DNA of 64,000 nt from an uncultured Gammaproteobacteria bacterium (GTDB lineage: Bacteria > Pseudomonadota > Gammaproteobacteria > Eutrophobiales > Eutrophobiaceae): assembly GCA_943788005.1 (NCBI GenBank), contig CALSOP010000002.1:338573-402572 (forward strand), in the 5' to 3' direction. A program made the position numbers and the translations under genes. Positions 11,565 through 22,451 of this stretch are shown here, piece by piece. The notes below the pieces were generated by a model, which saw only the letters and a program-made list of their open reading frames with translations, made no database searches and was not told the DNA's origin. Positions within the stretch are counted from its first letter, which is position 1, and each line of letters opens with the position of its first letter.

Positions 11565-12680
11565 TTATGTACAACGACAATACTTGCCACCATGTTGGGC
11601 TTCAATCATTCCTTCTAGTTCCAGTATTAACAGCATGGAGGAAACTACATCTGCCGTCAATCCTGTTAATTCAACAAGCCTATCTACTGATACTATTTCG
11701 TAACCCATACTATCTAATAGTAGTTTGTATTCCGGTTCCAAGTCGCTAAATCCATTCTGACTAACTTCTAGTATGCTGGGCCTATTCAGGACAACATTTG
11801 CCAACGGGGCTAGCTCCTCAAGAATATCATCTATCGTCTCAACTAATTTTGCACCTTGTTTGATTAGACTATGTGTCCCACGTGCGAGTGGGTTATGGAT
11901 GGAACCCGGTATTGCAAAGACATCTCTACCTTGCTCGAGCGCATTATTTGCCGTAATCAATGAACCACTTCTTTTTGCAGCTTCGACCACCAAGACACCC
12001 AAGCTCATGCCACTAATGATGCGGTTTCGTCGAGGGAAATTTCCCGGGTTAGGTTTTGTATTTGGAAGATATTCAGAAAGGAGTAAACCATTTTTTATAA
12101 TTTGCTGGGCAATATATTTATGCCGCGCAGGATAAATACTATTTAAGCCATTGCCTAAAACCGCTATTGTCGAGCCATTTGCATTCAAAGCGCCTAAATG
12201 ACTATGGTAATCAATGCCCAATGCAAGACCACTGCATATTGTCAGTCCTGACCTTGATAATTCAGAGGCAAAATCTTCGGCCAATCTTTTCCCTCCAGCC
12301 GTAGGATTTCTGCTGCCTACAATAGCAAAATGCAGAAAAGCCAATGCGCTTCGCTGCCCTATAGCAAACAAAACCATAGGCGGAGAGTGTATTGTCTTCA
12401 GTAGTTTCGGGTAATCGTCATCAAGATACGTTATTAAATGATGATTTGTCTGATTTAACCATTCAAGGGTTATCCCTATTTGTTCCGGATCTGGTTCAAG
12501 CAGGGAATTTATTGTGTCATCACTTAAACCAAATTGCCTCAGAGTATTGTGATTACTTGATAATATAGCCTTAGGAGTTTTAAATTCGATTAATAATTTA
12601 TTACAAATTGCAGGGCCGATACCAGTAGCCTGTGTCAATGACAACCAATCGGTGTAATTCTGAGTAGCGTCCACATCCAT
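11565..12680 (-). CDS. dprA: DNA-processing protein DprA
   Basis: AIVGSR, SGLALGID, NFPRRNRIISG, VVEAAKRSGSLITA, FAIPGSI. Confidence 0.96.
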   Translation of the reverse strand: MDVDATQNYTDWLSLTQATGIGPAICNKLLIEFKTPKAILSSNHNTLRQFGLSDDTINSLLEPDPEQIGITLEWLNQTNHHLITYLDDDYPKLLKTIHSPPMVLFAIGQRSALAFLHFAIVGSRNPTAGGKRLAEDFASELSRSGLTICSGLALGIDYHSHLGALNANGSTIAVLGNGLNSIYPARHKYIAQQIIKNGLLLSEYLPNTKPNPGNFPRRNRIISGMSLGVLVVEAAKRSGSLITANNALEQGRDVFAIPGSIHNPLARGTHSLIKQGAKLVETIDDILEELAPLANVVLNRPSILEVSQNGFSDLEPEYKLLLDSMGYEIVSVDRLVELTGLTADVVSSMLLILELEGMIEAQHGGKYCRCT

Positions 12681-12701
12681 ATGAAAACTCTAATTGAAGT
12701 A

Positions 12702-12725
12702 ACCCCTTCAACATTATGAAGGGGT
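12702..12725. terminator. Stem-loop between the LysM gene and dprA
   Basis: ACCCCTTCA-6 nt-TGAAGGGGT, 9-bp perfect stem. Confidence 0.4.
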
Positions 12726-12808
12726 ATATGTTGTATATCCGCTGATTATAGTAATATTTTTGCTATAAAGTTTGCGTGATTTTCGATTCCTAAAGCTTGG
12801 ATATCTTC

Positions 12809-14017
12809 CTATAAGCTTCTTACTGCATCTAATACGTGCACTGGCCCTTGTGTCTCCATCACCAATGCATAGCTCACTTTATTAAACGTTTTGAAGACCA
12901 TGACTACACCAACATATTCTTCAGGTAAAGTCACATCTTCAGACTTATCTTGTATGTTTGCTATCGTTGGAAATGTCTCATCAAATGCTTCTATGCCTTG
13001 ACCAACTCCGTAGGCGAGTTTGCTTATTACGGTTCCATTTTCGGTAAGCTCCTTCAACTCTGCAGCCTTTTGCGCGTCACTCTTTTGTATATTCGGTCCA
13101 ATTTTATCTTGAACAACATAGCCAGCTTGATATACACCAAGGACATTACCCGCTTCAATACCTTGCTCTGTTCCAAGGTTTAAAACAACAACCTGATATT
13201 GTCCAATTTGAGCAACACCATCAACAACAGATAAAATACTTCCTGCCACTTCATTGCTTGTAGGTCGTGGAATAAACTCTGTGCTGATCTCTTCATCAGT
13301 TTGAGGAAGTAATCGATCTCCTTTCATCACCTCTCGATCAACGACGGTAATTATGGCTGAAGCAGGATCACCATTTTGTTTAATTGTCGCATCGCCAATA
13401 TAAATGGCTTCATACCCCAACACCTCTCCTTCATCTTTTTCATTCTTTTTGGGGTTAACATAAGGTTCGCCCTTTCGATAGATAGAATATCTGGCAACAT
13501 CTGATCCTTCCGGAATACCACGCACATAGATGGTATTGCCTGTGGTTGCTATCAAATGCTCATCATAACTAGACACGACATAGGGCCATTGCTCTATCTC
13601 ATTGTCATCAAGGACAATGGGCCGCTTTAGAAACTGCTGAATTGCATCGATAGGAATAGTTTGAATGGCTTCAGCATTGTCCGTACTACGAATAGTTGGA
13701 GACAGCTTAACATTACGCCCGGATACTATGTGACCGGTCCCTCTTTGAAGGTTTAGCACTGGCTGCCCATCTTGGTATGTAAGAGAGACTATATCTCCTG
13801 GATATATCAAGTGAGGATCCTCTATCTGGGGATTAACACCCCAAATTTCCTGCCATCGCCAAGGCTGCTGTAAAAACCGCGCAGAGATATCCCATAGCGT
13901 ATCGCCTTTCACAACGGTGTAGTTTTCTGGATGATCTGGATTAATTGTTAATTCATCCGCTCTCAAGCTAGTGGTTAATAGCAAAATCGCGCATGAAATC
14001 AGAATTTTATTCAACAT
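12809..14017 (-). CDS. LysM peptidoglycan-binding protein (TsaP-like)
   Basis: Signal peptide, YTVVKGDTLWDIS...NPQIEDPHLIYPGD; conserved position between def and dprA. Confidence 0.88.
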   Translation of the reverse strand: MLNKILISCAILLLTTSLRADELTINPDHPENYTVVKGDTLWDISARFLQQPWRWQEIWGVNPQIEDPHLIYPGDIVSLTYQDGQPVLNLQRGTGHIVSGRNVKLSPTIRSTDNAEAIQTIPIDAIQQFLKRPIVLDDNEIEQWPYVVSSYDEHLIATTGNTIYVRGIPEGSDVARYSIYRKGEPYVNPKKNEKDEGEVLGYEAIYIGDATIKQNGDPASAIITVVDREVMKGDRLLPQTDEEISTEFIPRPTSNEVAGSILSVVDGVAQIGQYQVVVLNLGTEQGIEAGNVLGVYQAGYVVQDKIGPNIQKSDAQKAAELKELTENGTVISKLAYGVGQGIEAFDETFPTIANIQDKSEDVTLPEEYVGVVMVFKTFNKVSYALVMETQGPVHVLDAVRSL

Positions 14018-14169
14018 CTCTCTTACCTTACATGGTTTCCTTAATGTAGATTAGCAAAAAGTCTAACAAAATGTTAGTAGAGACGCTATTTTAATGTGGT
14101 TTAACTGCAACAAATAATTTTTCCTATATACTATCAGTCAGTTATAACCATTTTGGAGTGAATATTGCC

Positions 14170-14682
14170 ATGGCAATACTCAAAGTTTTGCACTTTCCTG
14201 ACCCACGCCTACGTAATAAGGCGACTATAGTCAAAGAAATAGGTCCTGACATAAAGGAAATTGCTGAAAATATGCTGGACACGATGTATGCCGAGAATGG
14301 TATTGGCCTCGCGGCAACTCAGGTCAATATTCAGCAAAGAATAGTTGTCATTGATATATCGGAAGAAAAAAACGAGCCACTCATATTGATAAATCCTGAA
14401 ATCACCAAATTAGAAGGCAGTGAATCAATGCGAGAAGGATGCCTTTCGGTGCCTGATTATTACGACATTGTAGAACGTGCTGAGAACATAGAGTTTTGTT
14501 ATAAAACCCTAGATAATGAGTTAGTTACAGTCAATGCGGATGGTTTGCTAGCCGTTTGTGTCCAGCATGAAATCGATCATCTTGATGGTAAATTATTCAT
14601 AGATTACCTCTCACTCCTTAAACGTCAACGCTTAAAGAAAAAAATCGATAAACAAGAAAAACAGCAGCAAACCGTACTGTGA
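14170..14682 (+). CDS. def: Peptide deformylase
   Basis: GIGLAATQV, EGCLS, QHEIDHLDG. Confidence 0.97.
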   Translation: MAILKVLHFPDPRLRNKATIVKEIGPDIKEIAENMLDTMYAENGIGLAATQVNIQQRIVVIDISEEKNEPLILINPEITKLEGSESMREGCLSVPDYYDIVERAENIEFCYKTLDNELVTVNADGLLAVCVQHEIDHLDGKLFIDYLSLLKRQRLKKKIDKQEKQQQTVL

Positions 14683-15620
14683 ATAAGGCCAAATTAAGGC
14701 TCGCATTTGCAGGCACGCCAGAAATTGCCCGAACTGTGCTGGAAGAACTGATTCGCGAAGGTCGTCATTCTGTCGAACTAGTTCTAACTCAGCCTGACAG
14801 GCCCGCAGGGCGTGGCCGTAAGCTTAAACCGAGTGATGTTAAGCTCTGTGCCCTCGAGAACAACATTCCTGTTATCCAACCTGCGACATCTAAAGAACTT
14901 GTTTCAGATACATTAAAAAATTGTGATGTGATGCTAGTAGTAGCATATGGCCTTCTAATTACTCCAGATATATTGGTAACTCCCAAATATGGCTGTATTA
15001 ATATACACACCTCTTTACTTCCGCGTTGGCGAGGAGCTGCACCTATTCAAAGAGCCATAGAAAAGGGTGATAGCGAGACTGGCATTACAATAATGCAGAT
15101 GGATAGTGGCTTAGATACTGGTCCAATGTTGGAACAATTTACTTGTTCGATTATGCCTGATGACACTGCGGGGAAATTGCACGATCGTTTGGCTGAACTG
15201 AGTGCAGCAAACATAAATGATCTACTGAGTAAAATTGTTAATCATGAAGCTAACCCAATAGAACAAGATAATTCTAAGGCGACTTATGCAAATAAAATAA
15301 GTAAACAAGAGGCAAAAATCGACTGGACTCAGTCTGCCATTGAACTGGAAAGAAAAATTCGCGCATTCAATCCATTCCCTGTGACACATACAACAATAAA
15401 CAACATCAATATACGAATATGGGAAGCAGAAATTAAACAAGGCCCGGATAATTTACTGACTGGCGCCATACTGAACAACAAAACAAGTCTGGATATTATG
15501 ACGGGTCAAGATGTCCTTGCTATAACAAGATTACAATTACCTGGAAAACGACCAATGTCCGCGAAAGACTTTCTCAATGGTCATCCTGAGTTTATCAATG
15601 AAAATACCGTTGCCTGTTAA
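14679..15620 (+). CDS. fmt: Methionyl-tRNA formyltransferase
   Basis: FAGTPE, TQPDRPAGRG, NIHTSLLPRWRGAAPIQRAI. Confidence 0.97.
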   Translation: MNKAKLRLAFAGTPEIARTVLEELIREGRHSVELVLTQPDRPAGRGRKLKPSDVKLCALENNIPVIQPATSKELVSDTLKNCDVMLVVAYGLLITPDILVTPKYGCINIHTSLLPRWRGAAPIQRAIEKGDSETGITIMQMDSGLDTGPMLEQFTCSIMPDDTAGKLHDRLAELSAANINDLLSKIVNHEANPIEQDNSKATYANKISKQEAKIDWTQSAIELERKIRAFNPFPVTHTTINNINIRIWEAEIKQGPDNLLTGAILNNKTSLDIMTGQDVLAITRLQLPGKRPMSAKDFLNGHPEFINENTVAC

Positions 15621-15631
15621 TTATAACCATC

Positions 15632-16930
15632 ATGTCATCACGTTTAATAGCCACCCAAATTGTTGAGCAGGTAATTGAAAGTAAACTCCCCCTCACTTAT
15701 GCATTGCGTCATAACGAATCATTCAAGCAAGCAGGAAATGATAAAGCATTAATTCAGGAAATTTGCTACGGAACATTCAGGTGGTATGCCCAACTTGAAT
15801 ATATCCTTGATCAATTGTTAGATAAACGTATAAAGAAAAAAGACAGTCGCCTTAAATATTTAATGATTGTCGGATTGTATCAATTACGCTTTATGCGAAT
15901 TCCTCCTCATGCTGTTGTCTCTGAGACCGTCAATACTTGCAAAAAAATAAAAATGGAATGGGCTAAAAACTTAGTCAATGCAATCTTACGTCGGTATATT
16001 CGAGAAACGGAACTATTTAATCCTGCTGTTGATAACGACGATGGCCTAAGAACATCGCATTCCAAATGGATTATCGAACAACTTAGGCGCGACTGGCCCA
16101 AAGAATGGAAAAGCATCCTTGAAGCAAACAACCAGCATCCTCCGATGTATCTTCGGGTAAACGAACTACGTCAAAGTCGAGAACAGTACCTAATAAAAAT
16201 GAAACAGGCTGGTATTGCAGGACAAATCACGCCTTATTCTAAACAAGGAATACTGCTGGAAAAACCAACTGACGTTGAACAATTGCCGGGGTTTAATAAA
16301 GGGGAAGTTTCAGTACAGGAACTGGCTGCACAATTATCAGTAGAACTTCTTGATTTAAAACCTGAACAAACTGTCCTCGATGCCTGTGCTGCACCAGGAG
16401 GCAAGAGTTCACACATACTTGAGTCACAAGCAAAGATTAAATCTTTGACCGTCATAGAAAAAGATCCAAACCGTGCGAAAAGATTGTCCGAAACGCTAAT
16501 AAGGTTAGGCCTCCATGCTATAACTAAAGTGTCTGACATTAATGATATTGATCACTGGTGGAACAAAGAACCTTTTGACCGTATTTTATTAGATGCTCCT
16601 TGCTCTGCCACAGGCGTAATTCGCCGGCACCCTGATATTAAAATATTAAGAACACCTGAAGATGTTAAGGCAATTAACTCTTTGCAGATGCAGCTTTTAA
16701 CAACGCTTTGGCAAACCTTAAAACCGAAAGGCTTATTGGTTTATGTTACTTGCTCTATATTTAAAAAGGAAAACTCGGATCTGATAAAAATATTTATTGA
16801 TAAAAACACCGACTGTGTTCTCAAACCTATTGAGGCAGAATGGGGTAAAGACACCGGTTATGGCAAGCAAATTTTAACCGGGCAAAACAATATGGATGGA
16901 TTCTTCTATGCTTGTCTGGAGAAGATTTAG
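15632..16930 (+). CDS. rsmB: 16S rRNA m5C967 methyltransferase
   Basis: NusB-like N-terminus, LDACAAPGGK, LLDAPCSATG, YVTCS. Confidence 0.96.
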   Translation: MSSRLIATQIVEQVIESKLPLTYALRHNESFKQAGNDKALIQEICYGTFRWYAQLEYILDQLLDKRIKKKDSRLKYLMIVGLYQLRFMRIPPHAVVSETVNTCKKIKMEWAKNLVNAILRRYIRETELFNPAVDNDDGLRTSHSKWIIEQLRRDWPKEWKSILEANNQHPPMYLRVNELRQSREQYLIKMKQAGIAGQITPYSKQGILLEKPTDVEQLPGFNKGEVSVQELAAQLSVELLDLKPEQTVLDACAAPGGKSSHILESQAKIKSLTVIEKDPNRAKRLSETLIRLGLHAITKVSDINDIDHWWNKEPFDRILLDAPCSATGVIRRHPDIKILRTPEDVKAINSLQMQLLTTLWQTLKPKGLLVYVTCSIFKKENSDLIKIFIDKNTDCVLKPIEAEWGKDTGYGKQILTGQNNMDGFFYACLEKI

Positions 16931-16934
16931 TCTG

Positions 16935-17501
16935 ATGTCTTTTTTGACTACTCACATAGCAAAAACTAGCGTTCTTTTTATACTGCTATGTATAAACTAT
17001 ACCTGCAATGCAAATACAACCAAGATAAATGCTACTCATATTTACCTTGAGAATAGTACTTATTATCTTAATGCCTCATATGAATTTGAATTATCAGAAG
17101 AAGCGTATAAAGCATTACGACATGGAATATCATTCGAGATTCATGCCCATTTTCAATTGCGTTTAAAACGCACCTGGCTTTGGGATAAAACGATTAGTGA
17201 AAAAAAATTGATATATAAACTAGAACATAAACCATTAACCGAGAATTTTCTAACTATCAATTTATTAACCGGTTTACGTCATTCGCATGATAATCTTGAT
17301 GCTGCATTAAATTATATAAAAAACATTTCGAAAATGGCGCTATTTGACGAGGACTTATTAATTGGAAATAAAACATACATTGCAAGAATTCGGGCTTATC
17401 TTGATATAGAATCATTGCCTCCACCAATGCGACCTCAAGCGTATTTTTCTCCAAACTGGGATCTGTCAAGTGAATGGTATGAATGGGAATTGGGACGATG
17501 A
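16935..17501 (+). CDS. DUF4390 family periplasmic protein
   Basis: Signal-like N-terminus, LDIESLPPPMRP..WDLSSEWYEW tail; usual rsmB-DUF4390-ntrY position. Confidence 0.8.
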   Translation: MSFLTTHIAKTSVLFILLCINYTCNANTTKINATHIYLENSTYYLNASYEFELSEEAYKALRHGISFEIHAHFQLRLKRTWLWDKTISEKKLIYKLEHKPLTENFLTINLLTGLRHSHDNLDAALNYIKNISKMALFDEDLLIGNKTYIARIRAYLDIESLPPPMRPQAYFSPNWDLSSEWYEWELGR

Positions 17502-19693
17502 ACAAAGGTAGTAACCTAATATTATTGATCGGTTCAAGCCTGTTCATTTTTATGCTTGCTTCATTAGTTATGATGAGTCAGGCATTACAAAACTCAGAAA
17601 TATTTGACCGCTATTATTCAGTCCTCCTTATATTAAATGGCCTAGGTTTAGTTAGTCTGGTCGTATTGATCCTTTTGAATCTAAAGCGGCTAATTCGCCA
17701 ATTTAAAAACAAGATTGTCGGTTCTAGAATGACCGTCAGAATGGTAATGCTTTTTTCCATATTATCAGTAACGCCTGTTTTAATTGTGTACTACTTTTCA
17801 TTGGATTTCCTTCATCGCGGTATAGATAGCTGGTTTGATCTGCGTGTAGAACAAGCACTTGATGACTCGCTTGAATTAAGTCGACTCGCGCTCGATGTGC
17901 GTATGCGTGAATTATTAAATACGACTGAAAAAATAGCAGAGGAATTAAATGAGTCAAACGATGCAGAGTTACCTTTTGATGTTGACCAGATAAGAGAGCG
18001 CAGTAGCGCCTATGAGCTTACCTTATTAACCAGAAAAGGCGTCGTTATAGCGTCAAGCTCCAGTGATACAAAAAGCCTTGTTCCCGACACGCCGGGTAAA
18101 ACTATTTTATTACAATTATTACAGGGAAATAGTTACATTGGTCTGGATGTAATTAAGAATACAAACTTATTAATTCGAGTAGTTGCAAATCTGCCTACGA
18201 TTGATATTGATAAGGAAGCGCGTATTGTGCAGGTGCTATTTCCAATTTCTGAACGCATGAATCAATTAGCTGAAAGCGTTCAATCTGCCTTTATTGAATA
18301 CAAGGAACTCTCATACCTGCGCGAGCAGCTGAAAGTAAGCTTCATAATAATATTAACGCTGGTTTTGTTATTTAGTATGTTCAGTGCTGTATGGGCAGCT
18401 TTTTATTCGGCTCGAAAACTATCTGAGCCTGTCAAAAACCTAGCGGAAGGAACCAAGGCAATTGCAGAAGGTGACTATAGCACTCGCCTACCCGTGCCGG
18501 GAAATGATGAACTAGGTTTCCTGGTCTCATCTTTTAATGATATGACTGATAAAATATCTCAAGCACGTGACTCTGTAAAACAAAGCCAGCAAGAAACAGA
18601 ATCTCAACGCAATTTTCTGGAAACCGTTTTATCTCGTTTGTCTTCAGGTGTCATCGTTTTTAACAAAGATGGCAAACTTGAAAAATCAAACATTAGTGCC
18701 AATCAAATATTACATGTGGATGTTGAGGCCCTCGAACAAAAAGACATGGCCACAATCATTAAAGAATTCCCATACCTAACTGATTTTTTTGAATGCATTT
18801 CATCAAATATTGAAGACCAATTAGACGAATGGCGTGAACAGATCACGTTGGCCAGTAAAACTGGTAACCTTATCTTGATGATTAATGGCGCTACACTTAT
18901 AGGAACCGATGGCTTAACAAGTGGTTATGTTATTGTTTTTGATGAAATCACCGCTTTGATTCGTGGCCAACGTGATGCAGCATGGAGTGAAATGGCACGT
19001 CGACTAGCCCATGAAATTAAAAATCCACTCACACCGATTCAGCTTGCTGCAGAACGATTACGTCATAAGTATTTATCTTCAATGAATGCAGCGGATGCAG
19101 ACATGTTGGACAGAATGACAAACACGATTATTCAGCAAGTAGATACCATGAAAGAAATGGTGAATAGCTTTTCAGACTATGCAAGGTCTCCTGAATTTAA
19201 TCCCGAAGAGATCAGGTTAGAGCATCTCATTCTAGAAGGCCGTGACTTGTTCAGTAATATGGATAATGAAAATGAAATTGAAGTAGATATTGACCCCAAT
19301 TTGCCCTTGATCATAGGAGACGAAAAGAAGTTACGACAAGTCTTCAATAATCTTTTGACAAATGCTATTGATGCAAACGCAATGGGAGAGGAAAATCAAC
19401 TTACAATCAGTGCTAAAGCCATAAATATTGATAACTATCATATGGTTGAAATTCGCGTTAAAGATAACGGCCCTGGTATTGAGGCACAGGTTGCGAATAA
19501 ATTATTTGAACCTTATATAACAACCAAACAAAAAGGAACCGGACTAGGTCTGGCTATTGTAAAGAAAATTATTGACGAACATTCTGGCACGGTCTGGCTT
19601 GAGAACAATAATGATAATAATGGAGCATGCGCCGTGGTAAGATTACCAGCTCTCAATCAATCGATTCAAACAACTAAATCACAGATAGCTTAA
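17498..19693 (+). CDS. NtrY-like membrane sensor histidine kinase (HAMP, PAS)
   Basis: GIDSWFD, HAMP, AWSEMARRLAHEIKNPLTPIQLAAERL, DNGPGI, GTGLGL; ATGA overlap with upstream gene. Confidence 0.9.
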   Translation: MNKGSNLILLIGSSLFIFMLASLVMMSQALQNSEIFDRYYSVLLILNGLGLVSLVVLILLNLKRLIRQFKNKIVGSRMTVRMVMLFSILSVTPVLIVYYFSLDFLHRGIDSWFDLRVEQALDDSLELSRLALDVRMRELLNTTEKIAEELNESNDAELPFDVDQIRERSSAYELTLLTRKGVVIASSSSDTKSLVPDTPGKTILLQLLQGNSYIGLDVIKNTNLLIRVVANLPTIDIDKEARIVQVLFPISERMNQLAESVQSAFIEYKELSYLREQLKVSFIIILTLVLLFSMFSAVWAAFYSARKLSEPVKNLAEGTKAIAEGDYSTRLPVPGNDELGFLVSSFNDMTDKISQARDSVKQSQQETESQRNFLETVLSRLSSGVIVFNKDGKLEKSNISANQILHVDVEALEQKDMATIIKEFPYLTDFFECISSNIEDQLDEWREQITLASKTGNLILMINGATLIGTDGLTSGYVIVFDEITALIRGQRDAAWSEMARRLAHEIKNPLTPIQLAAERLRHKYLSSMNAADADMLDRMTNTIIQQVDTMKEMVNSFSDYARSPEFNPEEIRLEHLILEGRDLFSNMDNENEIEVDIDPNLPLIIGDEKKLRQVFNNLLTNAIDANAMGEENQLTISAKAINIDNYHMVEIRVKDNGPGIEAQVANKLFEPYITTKQKGTGLGLAIVKKIIDEHSGTVWLENNNDNNGACAVVRLPALNQSIQTTKSQIA

Positions 19694-21051
19694 TGGGTAT
19701 TCGACATATTCTTGTTGTAGATGATGAACCTGATATCAGAAGTCTGGTAAAGGAGATTCTTGAAGATGAAGGTTTTAGTGTCGCCGTTGCAGAGAATGCT
19801 ACAAAAGCTCGTCAATTGGTAGAATCATTTAAACCAGATTTAGTGTTACTTGATATCTGGATGCCAGATATCGATGGTATTACTTTGCTTAAAGAATGGC
19901 ATGAAAAGAATGTTTTATCTGCCCCTGTAGTCATGATGTCAGGTCATGGGAATGTCGAAACAGCAGTTGAGGCGACGCGGCTGGGAGCTTATGATTTTAT
20001 CGAAAAACCACTTTCAATTGCCAAACTGTTATTAACGATAAAACATGCGCTTGAAACAACATCATTACAACAAGAAAATTTACAACTGCACCATGTCACT
20101 TCATCCAAACTTGATCTGATAGGAAGAAGTAAAAAAATATCAAACTTAAGAACCCAAATATCAAGAATCGCAAACCATGACACACCGGTGCTGATTCATG
20201 GAGAGTCGGGGACTGACAAAGAATTGTTCGCGCGCTATTTACATTCGCTTAGTAAATATAGTGACGGCCCATTTATATCAACAAGCATATCCACTTTAGG
20301 CAAAGATCATGCAGAAACCGAACTATTTGGATTGAAAACAAATCACCAATTACAAGAAGGTTATTTTGACAGAGCCAAAGGCGGCACACTTTATATTAAA
20401 GACATTGGTGAATTAAACACCGACCTTCAATCTCGTTTACATGATGTATTAGAGACTAAAAAATACACTCACATTGGGAGTTCTGATCCGATTGAGCTGG
20501 ATATGCGGATAATAGTTGCTACACGATTTAATATTAAATCTCTGGTTGAAGAAGGTAGCTTTAGGGATGATTTATATTATCAATTAAATATTCTACCTAT
20601 CACTATCCCAGCACTACGTGACCACTATGAAGATATACCGGCATTACTTGAACACTTCGTTAATTATTTTATAGAAACAGAGGGACTCCCTTACCGAAAA
20701 TTTAGTGTTGCAGCACAAAACCGTCTAAGAAGTTATCAATGGCCTGGCAATGTAAGAGAATTAAAAAACATTGTTCAACGCCTTTTAATCCTCGGTACAG
20801 ATGAAAACATAAATGTCGATGAAATCGAGGCTAGCCTGGGTAATACTGACACAAAACAAAATGGTACCACTACAGAGATTTTCGATTTCGATTTACCATT
20901 GCGAGATGCGAGAGAAAATTTTGAAAAAGTTTATCTCGAATATCAATTAAAAAAGGCGAAAGGTAGTGTCAGTAAAGTTGCTAACGCGGTTGGTATAGAA
21001 CGTACACATCTATATCGTAAACTGAAAATGCTGGGAATTGAACTAAAATGA
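19693..21051 (+). CDS. NtrX-like response regulator (REC, degenerate AAA+, HTH)
   Basis: ILVVDDE, LDIWMP, WPGNVREL, GIERTHLYRKLK. Confidence 0.9.
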   Translation: MGIRHILVVDDEPDIRSLVKEILEDEGFSVAVAENATKARQLVESFKPDLVLLDIWMPDIDGITLLKEWHEKNVLSAPVVMMSGHGNVETAVEATRLGAYDFIEKPLSIAKLLLTIKHALETTSLQQENLQLHHVTSSKLDLIGRSKKISNLRTQISRIANHDTPVLIHGESGTDKELFARYLHSLSKYSDGPFISTSISTLGKDHAETELFGLKTNHQLQEGYFDRAKGGTLYIKDIGELNTDLQSRLHDVLETKKYTHIGSSDPIELDMRIIVATRFNIKSLVEEGSFRDDLYYQLNILPITIPALRDHYEDIPALLEHFVNYFIETEGLPYRKFSVAAQNRLRSYQWPGNVRELKNIVQRLLILGTDENINVDEIEASLGNTDTKQNGTTTEIFDFDLPLRDARENFEKVYLEYQLKKAKGSVSKVANAVGIERTHLYRKLKMLGIELK

Positions 21052-22421
21052 AAATCATCATATTGGGAGCAGGTCAAGTTGGTGCATCAGTAGCAGCCAA
21101 TTTAGTTAATGAAGATAACGATATTACCTTGGTCGACAATAACCCTGCCGCATTACAACTGATCAGTGAACGCTACGACTTGAGAACGATTACTGGTATT
21201 GCCTCACATCCTTCAGTATTAGCAAAGGCAGGTGCCAAAGATGCCGACATGATCCTCGCTGTTACCAATAGCGATGAGGTCAACATGATAGCCTGCCAAG
21301 TTGCCTACACCCTGTTTCATACCCCTACAAAAATTGCACGGATCCGTGAAGAGGAATATTTATCGAGCACCGCGCTTTTTGCTCAAGAGGCATTACCAAT
21401 TGACGTTTTAATTAGTCCAGAACAACTAGTCACCGATTACATAAAAAAACTGATCGAGCATCCCGGTGCACTACAAGTACTTGATTTTGCTAATGGAAAA
21501 GCACAGATGGTTGCCTTAAAAGCAACCTATAGTGGTATGTTAGTGGGTCATTCATTACTAGAACTTAGAAAACAACTTCCAAATATTGAATATAAGATAG
21601 CAATTATCTTCAGGGACAATCAAGCAATCATTCCCAATGCTGAGACCACCATTGAAGCAGATGATGAAATATTTTTCATTGGCTCACAAAAATCAATTCG
21701 TAAAATATTGCACATCATTCGTTTCAAGGAAAAACCGCTTAAAAGTATTATGATCGCGGGTGGTGGCAATATAGGTTTACGACTAGCTGAATTATTAGAA
21801 GATAATTACAAGGTTAAATTACTCGAGTTTGATCCTGAAAAAGCACACTTCGCATCAGAAGCATTAAAAAACACAATTGTTTTGTGTGGTGATTCGGCCG
21901 ACGAAGAACTGCTGCAAGAAGAAGATATTGATAGAACCGACGTATTCTGTGCGTTAACAAATGCTGATGAAGCTAATATCATTTCATCAATGCTTGCAAA
22001 GCGGTTAGGCGCTAGAAAAGTAATGGCGTTAATCAATCGCGCTGCCTATATTGATCTGGTACAAAGTAATACTATTGATATAGCAATCTCTCCACAGCAA
22101 GCCACAATTGGTAGTTTGCTTGCACATATACGCAAGGGTGATGTGGTCGTTGTACATGCCTTAAGAAGAGGTGCTGCTGAAGCGATTGAGGCCATTGCAC
22201 ATGGCAATACATCCTCATCAAAAGTAGTCGGTAAAACAATCGGTGATATCAATTTACCACACGGTACAACAATAGCCGCCATCGTACGTGGCGAAAATGT
22301 TTTGATGGGAAAAAAGAGAACTATCATAGAAGCCGAAGACCATGTCATCCTGATTGTCTCCGATAAAAAGCATGTTGCAGAAGTCGAATCCCTGTTTCAG
22401 GTTGGCATTACCTTTTTATAA
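21048..22421 (+). CDS. trkA: Trk potassium uptake regulatory protein
   Basis: MKIIILGAGQVG, second RCK motif IAGGGNIG. Confidence 0.96.
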   Translation: MKIIILGAGQVGASVAANLVNEDNDITLVDNNPAALQLISERYDLRTITGIASHPSVLAKAGAKDADMILAVTNSDEVNMIACQVAYTLFHTPTKIARIREEEYLSSTALFAQEALPIDVLISPEQLVTDYIKKLIEHPGALQVLDFANGKAQMVALKATYSGMLVGHSLLELRKQLPNIEYKIAIIFRDNQAIIPNAETTIEADDEIFFIGSQKSIRKILHIIRFKEKPLKSIMIAGGGNIGLRLAELLEDNYKVKLLEFDPEKAHFASEALKNTIVLCGDSADEELLQEEDIDRTDVFCALTNADEANIISSMLAKRLGARKVMALINRAAYIDLVQSNTIDIAISPQQATIGSLLAHIRKGDVVVVHALRRGAAEAIEAIAHGNTSSSKVVGKTIGDINLPHGTTIAAIVRGENVLMGKKRTIIEAEDHVILIVSDKKHVAEVESLFQVGITFL

Positions 22422-22451
22422 ATGAAAGATTTCGACTAGGGATTATTAACG

